Assembly: GCA_031548365.1 (NCBI GenBank)
Contig: JAVBRD010000019.1
Span: 84,511-148,510, forward strand
Source of the DNA: Eubacteriales bacterium
GTDB lineage: Bacteria > Bacillota > Clostridia > Christensenellales > UBA1750
Length of the DNA: 64,000 nt
Direction of reading: 5' to 3'
In this document: in pieces, positions 37,198 through 47,972 of the stretch
How the letters are laid out: each line of letters begins with the position of its first letter
Numbering within the stretch: the stretch's first letter is position 1
Program-made: the position numbers and the translations under genes
Notes under the pieces: model-generated
Databases searched by the model: none
Told to the model about the DNA's origin: nothing
Seen by the model: the letters and a program-made list of their open reading frames with translations, nothing else

Positions 37198-38937
37198 CTA
37201 CGACCTGAACTGATACTTGTACAGTTCGGAATACATGCCGCCCGCGGCGAGCAGCGTGTCGTGGGTGCCGCGTTCGGTGATGCCCTCGCCGGTGAGGACG
37301 ATGATCTCGTCGGCGTTTTTGATGGTAGAGAGGCGGTGCGCGACCACGATGGTCGTGCGGCCTTCGGAGAGCTCCTCCAGCGCGGACTGGATGAGCATCT
37401 CGGTCGCGTTGTCCAGCGCGGAGGTCGCCTCGTCCAAAATGAGGATGGGCGGATTCTTCAGGAACACGCGCGCGATGGAAATCCGCTGCTTCTGTCCGCC
37501 GGAGAGCTTGATGCCGCGCTCGCCGATGTATGTGTTGTAGCCTTCCTCAAGCGTCATGATGTAGTCGTGGATATTAGCGCGTTTGGCGGCGCGGATGATC
37601 TCCTCTTCGCCCGCGTCCAGATCGCCGTAAGCGATGTTTTCGCGGATGGTGCCGGTGAACAGGAACACATCCTGCGCCACAATACCGATGTTTTTGCGCA
37701 GCGAATGGCGCGTGAGCCGCGTGATGTCCGTGCCGTCGATGGCGATTTGCCCGCCCGAGAGGTCGTAGAAGCGCGGGATGAGGTGGCACAGCGTGGTTTT
37801 CCCTCCGCCGGACGGCCCCACGAGCGCCACGGTCTTGCCCTTGTCGATGTGGAGCGACAAATGGCTGATGACGGGCCGGGCAAGCACGTCGCCCGAGTCC
37901 TTGTCTTTTTCGTCATAAGAGAAGCTTGCGTCGTTAAAGTCGATTACGCCGTCTACGTTCGAAAGCTCGATGGCGTCGGGCGCTTCCTGTTCGGGTTTCT
38001 GCTCCATGATGTGCATGATGCGCTCAAAGCCCGTCATGCCGTTCTGGTACTGCTCAAAGAACGAAATGAGCCGGCGAACGGGCGAGAGGAAGGAGTTGAT
38101 GTACAACAGAAACATGGTGAACTCACCCGCGTCGATGGCGCCGCGAAAGAAGAAGATGCCGCCCGCGACGAGAACGACGAGGTACAGCACGTCCGTGGAG
38201 AACCCCATGGACGCTGAAAACTCGCCCATGACTTTGTACGCGCGGTTGCGCGCCTTTTGGTATGAATCGTTGAATTTCTGAAACTTTTTGTTCTCGTGCG
38301 CGTCGTTCGTGTACGCGCGCGTGACACGGATGCCCGTGAGCGCGTTTTCGAGGTTGGCGTTGATCTCGCCCAGCTCCACGCGCGTCTGCGTGAACGCCGC
38401 GGACATGCGCTTGCGCATCACGACCGCGATGAACACGACGATCGGGAGCGCGCCGAAGACAATGAGCGTGAGCGGCACGCTGATCGTGCACAAAATCGCG
38501 AACGCGCCGATGAGCACGATCAGCGAGAGAAAGAGATCCTCGGGGCCGTGGTGCGCAAGCTCCGAGATGTCCATCATGTCGTTGACAAGACGTGACATGA
38601 GCGTGCCCGACTTGTTCTCGTCAAAGAAAGAAAAGGGAAGCTTTTGCATATGCGTGAACACCGAGAGGCGCATATCGGCCTGCATGCGCACGCCCATGAC
38701 GTGTCCGTAAAACTGGATAAAATAGTTCAACCCCGCTTTCGCCGCGTAGATCAGCAGGAGCGCGGCGCACCACACGAGGAACAGCCGGAGGTTGCCCGAG
38801 GGCACGTAGACGTTGATGATGTCCTTGGCGATGACAGGATACACAAGATCCGCCGCCGCGACCAGGAGCGCGCACAGCATGTCCTGTGAAAACAGCTTCA
38901 AATGGGGCTTGTAAAACGGTATAAACCTGCGAAACAA
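37198..38937 (-). CDS. ABC exporter, fused permease and ATPase (homodimeric type I)
   Basis: Six TM helices plus an NBD with GPSGGGKTT, LSGGQKQRISIARVF and ILILDEATSALD. Confidence 0.9.
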   Translation of the reverse strand: MFRRFIPFYKPHLKLFSQDMLCALLVAAADLVYPVIAKDIINVYVPSGNLRLFLVWCAALLLIYAAKAGLNYFIQFYGHVMGVRMQADMRLSVFTHMQKLPFSFFDENKSGTLMSRLVNDMMDISELAHHGPEDLFLSLIVLIGAFAILCTISVPLTLIVFGALPIVVFIAVVMRKRMSAAFTQTRVELGEINANLENALTGIRVTRAYTNDAHENKKFQKFNDSYQKARNRAYKVMGEFSASMGFSTDVLYLVVLVAGGIFFFRGAIDAGEFTMFLLYINSFLSPVRRLISFFEQYQNGMTGFERIMHIMEQKPEQEAPDAIELSNVDGVIDFNDASFSYDEKDKDSGDVLARPVISHLSLHIDKGKTVALVGPSGGGKTTLCHLIPRFYDLSGGQIAIDGTDITRLTRHSLRKNIGIVAQDVFLFTGTIRENIAYGDLDAGEEEIIRAAKRANIHDYIMTLEEGYNTYIGERGIKLSGGQKQRISIARVFLKNPPILILDEATSALDNATEMLIQSALEELSEGRTTIVVAHRLSTIKNADEIIVLTGEGITERGTHDTLLAAGGMYSELYKYQFRS

Positions 38938-39274
38938 TCGATATCCTCCCCGATACGCATGATGTAGTCAGGGTAGACCGCCCCGAGGCGTTTGTCAAGT
39001 AGGGCGCTGCGCCCCGCAACACGCCGCTTTTCCCACGCAGACGCCTGTGGTATACTTGCGTTACGTCGAGGAAGGGGGGTGGTCGCAATGATCATGAGGT
39101 TTACCTCCGGAATTGCGTTTGTCTCGCTCCGCACAAGGTCTGTTGCGTCAATGGGCTGAGGCGGTTTGTGGAAAGCGAACGCTTTCCAAGCGCGGAGCGG
39201 GTCCTTCAAACGCCTTTTCCGTTGGCTGCACGGACCTTTTATGGTTCATGACAATCATAAAGGGAGCGTTGTGC

Positions 39275-40897
39275 ATGCTGGAAATCGGAATGAGCAATGT
39301 CATCAAGAACTATGGATTTAAGAACGTGTTAAGCGGCGCGTGCCTTGAGATCATGACCTACGACCGCGTCGCCATCGTGGGGCGAAACGGCACGGGCAAG
39401 TCGACGATACTCAAGATCATCGCGGGGAGCGAGAGCGCGAACTCGGGCGACGTGAGCGTGCGCCGGGGCGCGACCATCGGGTATTTAGAGCAGATCCCCG
39501 AACTCAGCCAAAGCGGCGCGGACACACGCGCCGTGCTCATGGAGCCATTCGCGGCCGTATTCGCGTGCGAGAGGCGCATGCGCGAGCTGGAAGAGAAAAT
39601 GGCGGTTGAAACCGCCGCCCCCGCGCTTGAACGGCTGATGAGCAGCTACGCGCACCAGCAAAGCGAGTTTGAAAAGCTTGGCGGTTTCGCGCTTGAGGAG
39701 CTCTTTTCCCGCGTGACCGTGGGCGTAGGCATCTCTGAGCTTTTGGACCGTCCCTTTAACGCGCTCTCCGGCGGCCAGAAGACCATCGTCAAGCTCGCGT
39801 GCGCTTTGCTCGTTCAGCCCGACATTCTTCTGCTGGACGAGCCGACCAACCATCTGGACACGCGCGCGCTCGAGTGGTTCGAGGGCTTTTTAGCCAAGTA
39901 CAAAGGCACGGTGGTCATCGTCTCCCACGACCGCGCCTTCCTGGACAAGGTCGCCACCAAGACCGTGCTCCTGCGCGGGGGCGCGTGCGAGACGTACAAC
40001 GGCAACTATACATACAGCATCAAAGAGCGCGAGCGCCAGCTGCTCGTGGAGTTTGAGCATTTCAAAAACCAGCAAAAGAAAATCGCCGCGATGAAGGCGG
40101 CGATCAAGCGTTTCCGCGATTGGGGGATGCAGGGCAACAACGAAGACCTTTTGCGAAAGGCCAAGGAACTCGAGCATCGCCTGGAGCGCATCGAGGTTCT
40201 GGAACGCCCCGAGATGGAGGCGGCCAAGCTGCCCGTGCAGCTCTCGGGCGGGCGGACGGGGAACGACGTCGTCACGCTCAAGGGCGTCACGCTGACGGCG
40301 GGGAGCTTGACGCTCATCACGGGCGCCGACCTGACGCTGCGCTACCGCGACAAAGCCTGCCTGATGGGCGACAACGGCGTGGGCAAAACCACGCTGGTTC
40401 GCGCTATTTTGGGCGAAATCCCGCCCGCGTCCGGCGAGATCACGGTGGCGCTTTCCGCGCGCGTGGGCTACATCCCGCAGGAGATCCGCTTTGAAGACGA
40501 CTTGTCCTCGGTGCTGGAGACTTTCAAGCGCGAGGACGTGTGCGCCGAGGGCGAAGCGCGCGCCGCGCTGGCCAAGTTTTTTTTCGTGGGCGAACACGTG
40601 CACAAAAGGGTGTCCGCGCTCTCGGGCGGTGAAAAAGTGCTGCTCAAGCTCGCGCTGCTCATGCGCCGCGAGATCAACCTGCTCGTGTTGGACGAGCCGA
40701 CCAACCACATCGACATCGAGACGCGCGAAACGCTTGAGCAGGCGCTTTTGGCGTTCAACGGCACCATGCTCTTTGTCTCGCACGACCGCTACTTCATCGG
40801 TAAGCTCGCGACCCGCGTGCTCACCATCGAGAGCGGGGGACTCCACAGCTTTTCCGGCGATTACGAGACGTACAAGCGGCAGACACACAGGACATAA
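39275..40897 (+). CDS. ABC-F family ATPase (two tandem NBDs, no TMD)
   Basis: Two ABC cassettes (GRNGTGKST / LSGGQKTIVKLA and GDNGVGKTT / LSGGEKVLLKLA) separated by a helical linker of about 65 aa. I placed the start at MLEIGMSNV; the track ORF starts upstream in non-coding sequence. Confidence 0.85.
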   Translation: MLEIGMSNVIKNYGFKNVLSGACLEIMTYDRVAIVGRNGTGKSTILKIIAGSESANSGDVSVRRGATIGYLEQIPELSQSGADTRAVLMEPFAAVFACERRMRELEEKMAVETAAPALERLMSSYAHQQSEFEKLGGFALEELFSRVTVGVGISELLDRPFNALSGGQKTIVKLACALLVQPDILLLDEPTNHLDTRALEWFEGFLAKYKGTVVIVSHDRAFLDKVATKTVLLRGGACETYNGNYTYSIKERERQLLVEFEHFKNQQKKIAAMKAAIKRFRDWGMQGNNEDLLRKAKELEHRLERIEVLERPEMEAAKLPVQLSGGRTGNDVVTLKGVTLTAGSLTLITGADLTLRYRDKACLMGDNGVGKTTLVRAILGEIPPASGEITVALSARVGYIPQEIRFEDDLSSVLETFKREDVCAEGEARAALAKFFFVGEHVHKRVSALSGGEKVLLKLALLMRREINLLVLDEPTNHIDIETRETLEQALLAFNGTMLFVSHDRYFIGKLATRVLTIESGGLHSFSGDYETYKRQTHRT

Positions 40898-40902
40898 TGC
40901 CG

Positions 40903-41265
40903 CTATTGATCGGCGAGCAGCCAATCCAGCGCGTCCGGCTCATTCTCAAAGGAGCGGAACATGCGTCCCCGGTTGGTTTCGATGAGGAAATCGGCAAATT
41001 TGCCCTTGACGGCGGACGCGCCCAGCACCGCGGCCGCTTTGATGTGATAGTTTCCGAGCTTTTGCATAACCAAGCCGCACACGCGCGTGGACAGCCGCAA
41101 AAACTCATCCGAGAGGGACGCGGCGGGGAGCAGCAGCCGCTCCGCGCCGCACCCGAAGCAAACTCCCACCAGATCAACGCCGTCCTGCTCGGCCATAATC
41201 TGACCGCTTGTCACGGCGACATAAACCTGACCGTCCCTTTGCCTTGTTTCCGTGGTCAGCATCAC
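40903..41265 (-). CDS. DUF4180 domain protein
   Basis: 120 aa whose C-terminal pattern KFADFLIETNRGRMF..FENEPDALDWL is typical of DUF4180. Confidence 0.5.
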   Translation of the reverse strand: MMLTTETRQRDGQVYVAVTSGQIMAEQDGVDLVGVCFGCGAERLLLPAASLSDEFLRLSTRVCGLVMQKLGNYHIKAAAVLGASAVKGKFADFLIETNRGRMFRSFENEPDALDWLLADQ

Positions 41266-42197
41266 CGCGCCTCCCCTTTCAGGCCCGCAAGCTCCGCTTC
41301 GGTGAACAGACGCTCACCCGCGCGCGCGTTGGCGCAGGCCTGCTCCGCCGATTTCGCGCCGGGAATGGAAACGGGCGCGGCGGCGTGGCTGGCGGTGAAG
41401 CGGATGGCCGTCTCCGCGAGGTTTTCGCGCGGAAGGCGGGCGAGGACGCGGTCAAGGCCGTCCATGCGGCGGTCAAAGTCGGCCCGTCCCTCTTTCCCCT
41501 CGTTCCACGAAGCGCGCACGCTGTCCTCAAAGACGGAGTTCCGGTCGTACTTGCCCGAAAGCACGCCTTTGGCGAGCGGCCCGCGAACCAGCACGCCCAT
41601 GTTGCGCTCTTTGCAGTAATCAAGAAGGCCGTCGGTTTCGTGCTCGCGGCGGATGAGCGAGTACTCGATCTCCACGGCCTGACAATCGCCGTTCGCGTTG
41701 AAGCGCTTGAGCGTGTCCAGGTTATCGGTGGATATGCCGAAGCTGCGGATATGCCCGCGCCGCTTGAGCTCCCTGAATCCCTCAAGGTAGAGGTCGTTTT
41801 CTTCCTGGGTCGGCTCGGCGATGTGGCACAGGTACACATCGACATAGTCGGTGCGCAGGCGGAAGAGGGACGCGTGGCACGCCGCGATGAACATGTCCAC
41901 GGTCGTCATGGGGAGGTGCTGTCCCGTGCGCTTGCCCCAGTTGCCCACCTTGGTGACGATCGACACACGATGGCGCACGCCGGCCAGCGCGCGGCCCAGC
42001 CGCTCCTCGGAAAGCCCGTTGGGAATGCCGTATGATTCCGCGGTGTCAAAGAGGTTCACGCCCGCGTCGAGCGCGGCTTGAACGGTCGCGAACGCGGCGG
42101 CGTCGCTGATATCGCCCCACTGGTTGCCGATGTTCCATGTGCCCAGCCCGACGGCGGACGCCTGTATGCCTGTGTTTCCGAACGGTCTGACGATCAT
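41262..42197 (-). CDS. Aldo/keto reductase
   Basis: AKR signature GLGTWNIG, FDTAESYG and the catalytic tetrad region. It forms an ATGA overlap with the DUF4180 gene. Confidence 0.85.
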   Translation of the reverse strand: MIVRPFGNTGIQASAVGLGTWNIGNQWGDISDAAAFATVQAALDAGVNLFDTAESYGIPNGLSEERLGRALAGVRHRVSIVTKVGNWGKRTGQHLPMTTVDMFIAACHASLFRLRTDYVDVYLCHIAEPTQEENDLYLEGFRELKRRGHIRSFGISTDNLDTLKRFNANGDCQAVEIEYSLIRREHETDGLLDYCKERNMGVLVRGPLAKGVLSGKYDRNSVFEDSVRASWNEGKEGRADFDRRMDGLDRVLARLPRENLAETAIRFTASHAAAPVSIPGAKSAEQACANARAGERLFTEAELAGLKGEAR

Positions 42198-42276
42198 GCC
42201 GAAGCCCCCTTATGCGTGGTGTATTCAGGCCGAGTATACCACAAAAGGGCTCCCGGCAAAAGAAAGGAGCCGTTTC

Positions 42277-43620
42277 ATGATGAACCGAGGCCGCCGAGCT
42301 CGCGCGATCATGCCGTGCGTCCTTTGCGTGTTTCTGTGCGCGTCGTGCGCGCCCACGGCCGTGACCGCCCCGGTGACGGCTTCATCTCCCGCCGTGACCG
42401 CTCCGTCCTCGCCGCCTCCGGCGCCTGCGCCGACGCCAACCCTCGCGCCGACGCCCGAACCGCCCTACGACTGGAGCGCGCTGACAAGAGAGGATTTCCT
42501 CGCGGACTCTGACTTCATGTGCGCGGTGATTGACGAGTACTGCCCCTATGTCGCGGAAATGAAAACAACGCCGAGGAGAGGCTTTACGGTCGACTGGGAG
42601 GGCGCGAAACAAAGATACCGTGCTGAGCTTGAATCGATGGCCCTGACGGAGTTGACACCCCGGAAATGGTACGCTTTAGCGGAGCGGTGGCTTGGTTCAC
42701 TCAGAGACGCGGGGCACATCCGCGCGATTCACGCTTCATCCATACCCAGATATGCAGAATTTCAGCAAGCCGTTGATCATGAGCGACTCCGGAACGCGGC
42801 GGCGGTGCATCCGCGCGCTGAGGCGTTCTATGCGCTGCAGAACAGCGTCGCGTCCGTCATCAGCACACCTACCGCAACGGAGAGCCCCGACCGGGTCATC
42901 CAAAGAACATTCATCCCCGATGTCGTGGAGGGCCACACCTATCTGCAAATGAAGTCGTTCGACTTTCCGTTCGGCATGCAAGGCGACGCAATCGAATGGC
43001 TCATGTCTTACTTCGCACGGAACACGGACAAAAAGCACATCATCATCGACCTGCGCGGAAACGGCGGCGGAAGCGACGGCATTTGGTTCGCCGGCGTGCT
43101 GCGCCCGCTCCTCCAAAAAGACGCGAGCGCTGAAGAGCTTTGGGCGATGACCGACAGCGCGTATTCCTTGATTGAGCGCTACGGTCTGGTTTCCTCGTGC
43201 ACGGAAATCCCGCGCGCGCGCTGGAGCGAGTTTGGGGTCGCGGAGATACCGGACATTGACAGATTGCTGAGCCGGACCGCCAGTTACCCCGTGCACGAGA
43301 GACGCGTGCCATGGGATGGCCAGATGTGGGTGCTGGTGGACGACCGCGTGGCTTCCGCCGCCGATAACTTTGTGCGTTTTTGCAAGAAGACAGGATTCGC
43401 GACGGTTGTGGGTACGCGCACCGGCGGCCTCGGCGGCGGAAGCGCGCCCGAGATGGCCATGCTGCCCAACACCGGGCTGATCTTCAGGTACGAGGTCATC
43501 TGCGCGTTCAACGACGACGGAACGTACAATCAGATCACCGGGACGCTGCCCGACATCGACTCAGGCACTTCGTCGAACGCGCTGGACGCGTGCCTGAAGG
43601 CCATACGAAGCGGCAACTGA
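42277..43620 (+). CDS. S41-family peptidase lipoprotein (C-terminal-processing/tail-specific protease-like)
   Basis: Signal peptide with lipobox LCASC, a PT linker, and the S41 core IIIDLRGNGGGSDG ... VLVDDRVASAADNF. I placed the start at MMNRGRR. Confidence 0.7.
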   Translation: MMNRGRRARAIMPCVLCVFLCASCAPTAVTAPVTASSPAVTAPSSPPPAPAPTPTLAPTPEPPYDWSALTREDFLADSDFMCAVIDEYCPYVAEMKTTPRRGFTVDWEGAKQRYRAELESMALTELTPRKWYALAERWLGSLRDAGHIRAIHASSIPRYAEFQQAVDHERLRNAAAVHPRAEAFYALQNSVASVISTPTATESPDRVIQRTFIPDVVEGHTYLQMKSFDFPFGMQGDAIEWLMSYFARNTDKKHIIIDLRGNGGGSDGIWFAGVLRPLLQKDASAEELWAMTDSAYSLIERYGLVSSCTEIPRARWSEFGVAEIPDIDRLLSRTASYPVHERRVPWDGQMWVLVDDRVASAADNFVRFCKKTGFATVVGTRTGGLGGGSAPEMAMLPNTGLIFRYEVICAFNDDGTYNQITGTLPDIDSGTSSNALDACLKAIRSGN

Positions 43621-43640
43621 CCGAACAATGGAGGCGTCGC

Positions 43641-46600
43641 ATGCAAGCCTTGAGCGTCTTTCACCCCGCCGTCGCGGACTGGTTCGCCCGCGCGCTGGGC
43701 GAGCCCACGCAGGTGCAAACCGAGGGCTGGCCCGTCATCGCGTCCGGCCAAAACGCGCTCCTGTGCGCGCCCACCGGCACGGGCAAAACGCTCGCGGCTT
43801 TTTTGTGCGCGATTGACGCGTTTTACCGCGCCAAGGCCTCGGGCGAGCACCTGCCGGGGCTTCAGGTGCTCTACATCTCCCCCCTGCGCTCCCTGACCAA
43901 CGACATGAAGCTCAACCTCATGCGCCCGCTGGAGGCGCTTGAGCTTTCCGACGTGTCCGTGATGGTGCGCAACGGCGACACACCCACCAGCGAGCGCAAT
44001 AAAATGGTCAAACAGCACCCCAACATGCTGCTGACCACACCCGAGTCGCTCTTTGTGCTCCTGACATCCGAAAAGGGCCGCGCGATGCTCTACAACGTGC
44101 GCACCGTGATTGTGGACGAGCTTCACGCCATCCTTGACAGCAAAAGGGGAACACACCTCGCGCTGTCCCTTGAGCGGCTGGAGACGCTGTGCGGGCGGCC
44201 CTTTCAGCGCATCGGCCTGAGCGCCACGGTCAAGCCGCTCTCGCTCGCCGCCGATTTCCTCGCGGGGCCGCACGGGTGCGCGGTCGTCGCGCCGCAGACG
44301 CCCAAGCGCGTCGAGCTGCACGTGACCTCCCCCATCGCGGACATGCGCGCGCTCCCCGAAGGCACCATCTGGCCTGAAATCTGCCGCGTTGTGCTTGATC
44401 TCGCGCTCAAACACCGCACGACGCTTGTTTTCCTCAACCACCGCGCCGCGTGCGAGAAGGTGGCTCACGGTGTCAACATGCTCTTTGGCGGGCAGTTCGC
44501 GCTCACCCATCACGGCTGCGTATCGCGTGAACAGCGGTTGGAGGCCGAGCAGCGGCTGAAGTCGGGCGAGCTGCGCTGCTTGTGCGCGACGTCCTCCATG
44601 GAACTGGGCATCGACGTGGGCGAAGTCGATCTTGTGCTACAGGTCGCCGCGCCCTTCACCATCGCGTCCGGGCTCCAGCGGCTGGGGCGCGCGGGGCACA
44701 ATCCGGGCCGGTCCAGCCTGATGCACATGCTCCCGAGGACCGCCTACGACACCATCGCGTGCGGCTTCATCGCGCGCGGGATCGCCGAGAAAGGCATCGA
44801 GTCCGCCAATGTGCCCACGCTCTGTTTGGACGTGCTGGCCCAGCACGCGGTGTCCATGGCGGCGTCGGAGGAATGGACGGTGGACGACATGCTGGCCCTC
44901 GTCCGGCGCGCGTACCCCTATCGCGAGCTTGAGCGCGATCAGCTGACCAATGTGCTCGCCATGCTCTACGGCGACTACGAGCACAGCGAGGACAGGCCCG
45001 TGCGCCCGCGCGTCGCTTACGACCGCATCCATCAAACGGTGGGCGCGGCGCCCTCGTCACGGCTTTTGGCGATACGCTCGGGCGGGACCATCCCCGACCG
45101 GGGCTATTACAAAGTCAATCTCGAGGACGGCACCCGCCTTGGCGAGCTGGACGAGGTGTTCGTGTTCGAGGCGCGCGTGGGCGACAAGTTCATGCTGGGT
45201 TCCTACGCGTGGCAGCTGGTGCGCATCGAGCGCGACCGCGTGGTCGTGCGTCCCGCCACGCAGGCCGGCGCGCGCTCTCCCTTCTGGAACGGCGACTGGG
45301 CGGGCCGCCCGTACGAGCTGGGACAGCGGATCGGCGCGCACTTCGCGCTCATGGAGGAGTGCGCCGTGACGGGCAAACTCGAGCAGACGCTGACCGAGGA
45401 GTTTTTGATGGACGCCGACGGCGCGTCCAACGCGGCGCGGCTCCTGCGCGACCAGATCGACGCGCTCGGATGCCTGATGACCGATAAGCGGCTCGTCATC
45501 GAAAACTTCCGCGACGAGACGGGGAACGCGCGCACGCTCATCCACTCGCCGTTCGGGGGGCGGGTCAACCTCGGCATCATGATGCTCCTTGAGAAAAAGC
45601 TCAACGAAATGGGCGTCGCCAACGTGCAGCTCATACAGAACGACGACGGCATCCTCTTGCACAGCTTGACAAGCGAGCACATGCCCAAAGGGCTTTTGCA
45701 CATGCTCAATCCGGAAACCGCGCCCGCGGAGCTTGCGGAGCTGATGCCCGGATCGGTGCTCTTTCAGATGATCTTCCGCTACAACGCCGCGCGCGCTCTC
45801 ATGATGGGGTTTCGCCCCGAAGGACGCGTGCCGCTCTGGGTTCAGCGCCTGCGCAGCGATGAGGCGCTCTCCCGCGCGTCCGCGCACAAAAACCACCCGC
45901 TCGTGCTCGAGACCACGCGCGAGTGCATGCTGACGTTCCTGGACATGGACGCCATCGTGGACGTGCTCACAAAAGTACGCGAGGGCCGCATCACCCTGCA
46001 CGAGACAAAGCGCGACAAGGCCTCGCCCATGGCCATCGAGCTCAAGCGTGCGTTTGAAGGCATGATGATGTACGAGGAGCCGTACGCCGAGCTTGCGCGC
46101 ACCGTGGGCAGCGGCGGGACCGCGCCCAAGTCGCCGGCCGAGATGCTCCCGCCCGAAAAACAGGATCTGCTCAAGGCCGCGGCCGACGCTCCCCCCAAAG
46201 ACGCGTCCGAAACGCACGCCATGCTGATGATGGGCGGCGACTTCCGCGCGGGCGACTCCGAAGTGCCTCTGGAGTGGCTCCGCCAGCTCGCTCGCGAAGG
46301 CCGCGCGCTCTATGTCGACCCGGGGCTGTGGATCGCCGCCGAGCAAGAGGAGCTGTACCGAGACGCGCTCACGGGCGAGCCGGAAGCGCTCACGCGCGTT
46401 GTGCGCAGGCTTCTGCGCTACCGGGGCGCGCAGGACGCGTTCTCCCTCGCCGACCGCTACGCGCTGGAACCCGACCGCGCGCAGGAGGTGCTGGAGCGTC
46501 TGTCCGAGCTGGGCGCGATCGTGCCGTGGGAGGACGTGTTCGTCCACCGCGATGTGTACGAGCGCGCGTCCGGCATGCGCAGAGCCGCTTTGCGCGCCGA

Positions 46601-47723
46601 TGTGCGGACGGCGGAGGCGGCGGGCTACGCGTCCTTCCTCGCGCGTCTGCATCAAAGCGGAGACGCGCCGCAAGACCGTCTCGCGCACGGGCTTTCCCGC
46701 CTGCTTGACCACCTCCTGCCCATCGCGCAGTGGGAGGACGTGGTTCTCCCCGCGCGCACGATGGGCTACACGCCGCGTGCGCTAGATTTGTTGCTGGGCA
46801 CGGGCCAGTTCGTCTGGCGTCTGGACGGCCAGGGCAAGCTCTCGTTTCACAACCCCGACGCCGTCTCAGGCGACTTCATCGAGTCGGGCGAGCTTGACGC
46901 CGCGGAGACGGCCGTGCTTTGCGTTTTGCGCGACCGCGGCGCGCTCTTCGCAGGCGCGATTGCCGCGCGCGTCACCGATGCCGACACGTCCGCCGCGCTG
47001 ATGTCCCTTTTGTCCAAGGGCCTTGTCACCAACGACAGCCTCGCACCCGTCCGCGCGCTTGCCTCCGAAGCCAAGGAAACCTCCGCGCGCGCCAAGCGGC
47101 GCACACAGGCGATGGACGCGGGCCGCTGGGAGGCCGCCCGCGCTCTGGAAGCCCGCCCGCTGGAGGAACGGCTCAAGGCCGCGCTCCACCGGTGGGGCGT
47201 TTTGTGCCACGAGACGGCGAAGTGCGAATCGCTCAGCTGGGGTGAGGCGCTCGATGTTCTGCGCGTGTGGGAATACACCGGCATCGTGCGGCGCGGTTAC
47301 TTCGTGCGCGGGTTGTCCGGCGCGCAGTTTGTCCTGAACGAGGCCGCGCAGCGCGCCATGCACGCGCTCAACCATCCCGACCGCGAGCCCGTCTGCATCG
47401 TGGCGAGCGATCCTTCGCAGGCGTGGGGTTCTATCCTCAAGCATCACCCCGACAGGGCGTTCATGTGCGTGCCCTCCACCGCCGTGGTCCTCAAGTCGGG
47501 CGAGGTGGTCATGGTGCTGGAGCGCGGCGGAGCGGTCATCCGCTGCTTTGACGACATGCCCATGGAATCGCTCCAGTGTGTCGCGCGCGCGTTCTCGCTC
47601 TCCCAGCTATGGCCGTCCAGGACGCGCATCGTGGTGAAGAATCCGGACGACAGCCTGCGCGCGCCCTTGCTCGGCGCGGGCTTCAAGCGCGACACGCAGG
47701 ATTTCGTGCTGTGGAAACGTTGA
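43641..47723 (+). CDS. lhr: Lhr-family large ATP-dependent helicase (DEAD/DEAH-box SF2 helicase with long C-terminal extension)
   Basis: Walker A CAPTGTGKT, DEAH-type VIVDELH, helicase C motifs (SSMELGIDVGEVDLVLQ, QRLGRAGH) and the ~1360-aa length. I placed the start at ATG 43641 (MQALSVFHPAV), preceded by a GGAGG RBS and 20 nt after the S41 peptidase gene. Confidence 0.85.
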   Translation: MQALSVFHPAVADWFARALGEPTQVQTEGWPVIASGQNALLCAPTGTGKTLAAFLCAIDAFYRAKASGEHLPGLQVLYISPLRSLTNDMKLNLMRPLEALELSDVSVMVRNGDTPTSERNKMVKQHPNMLLTTPESLFVLLTSEKGRAMLYNVRTVIVDELHAILDSKRGTHLALSLERLETLCGRPFQRIGLSATVKPLSLAADFLAGPHGCAVVAPQTPKRVELHVTSPIADMRALPEGTIWPEICRVVLDLALKHRTTLVFLNHRAACEKVAHGVNMLFGGQFALTHHGCVSREQRLEAEQRLKSGELRCLCATSSMELGIDVGEVDLVLQVAAPFTIASGLQRLGRAGHNPGRSSLMHMLPRTAYDTIACGFIARGIAEKGIESANVPTLCLDVLAQHAVSMAASEEWTVDDMLALVRRAYPYRELERDQLTNVLAMLYGDYEHSEDRPVRPRVAYDRIHQTVGAAPSSRLLAIRSGGTIPDRGYYKVNLEDGTRLGELDEVFVFEARVGDKFMLGSYAWQLVRIERDRVVVRPATQAGARSPFWNGDWAGRPYELGQRIGAHFALMEECAVTGKLEQTLTEEFLMDADGASNAARLLRDQIDALGCLMTDKRLVIENFRDETGNARTLIHSPFGGRVNLGIMMLLEKKLNEMGVANVQLIQNDDGILLHSLTSEHMPKGLLHMLNPETAPAELAELMPGSVLFQMIFRYNAARALMMGFRPEGRVPLWVQRLRSDEALSRASAHKNHPLVLETTRECMLTFLDMDAIVDVLTKVREGRITLHETKRDKASPMAIELKRAFEGMMMYEEPYAELARTVGSGGTAPKSPAEMLPPEKQDLLKAAADAPPKDASETHAMLMMGGDFRAGDSEVPLEWLRQLAREGRALYVDPGLWIAAEQEELYRDALTGEPEALTRVVRRLLRYRGAQDAFSLADRYALEPDRAQEVLERLSELGAIVPWEDVFVHRDVYERASGMRRAALRADVRTAEAAGYASFLARLHQSGDAPQDRLAHGLSRLLDHLLPIAQWEDVVLPARTMGYTPRALDLLLGTGQFVWRLDGQGKLSFHNPDAVSGDFIESGELDAAETAVLCVLRDRGALFAGAIAARVTDADTSAALMSLLSKGLVTNDSLAPVRALASEAKETSARAKRRTQAMDAGRWEAARALEARPLEERLKAALHRWGVLCHETAKCESLSWGEALDVLRVWEYTGIVRRGYFVRGLSGAQFVLNEAAQRAMHALNHPDREPVCIVASDPSQAWGSILKHHPDRAFMCVPSTAVVLKSGEVVMVLERGGAVIRCFDDMPMESLQCVARAFSLSQLWPSRTRIVVKNPDDSLRAPLLGAGFKRDTQDFVLWKR

Positions 47724-47972
47724 GGCGCGGGATGTGCGAAGCGATAACGGCATCGCGCCTGCGGACAGAGTGGGGGGCGGCCGCGCCGCCCTGAATCAAG
47801 GAAACGGGCACTGCATGATAAGGGCCTCCCGTCGCGGGTTACCGCCGCGACAGGAGGCCTTGCGCATGTCAAGCGAATGAGGCACTGGAATACGCTTCAA
47901 TAATACGCCGTTCATGAGAAAACGCGCACGCTTCGGACATGCACATGCCTATCCGCAGGCACCTTGTGTCCT

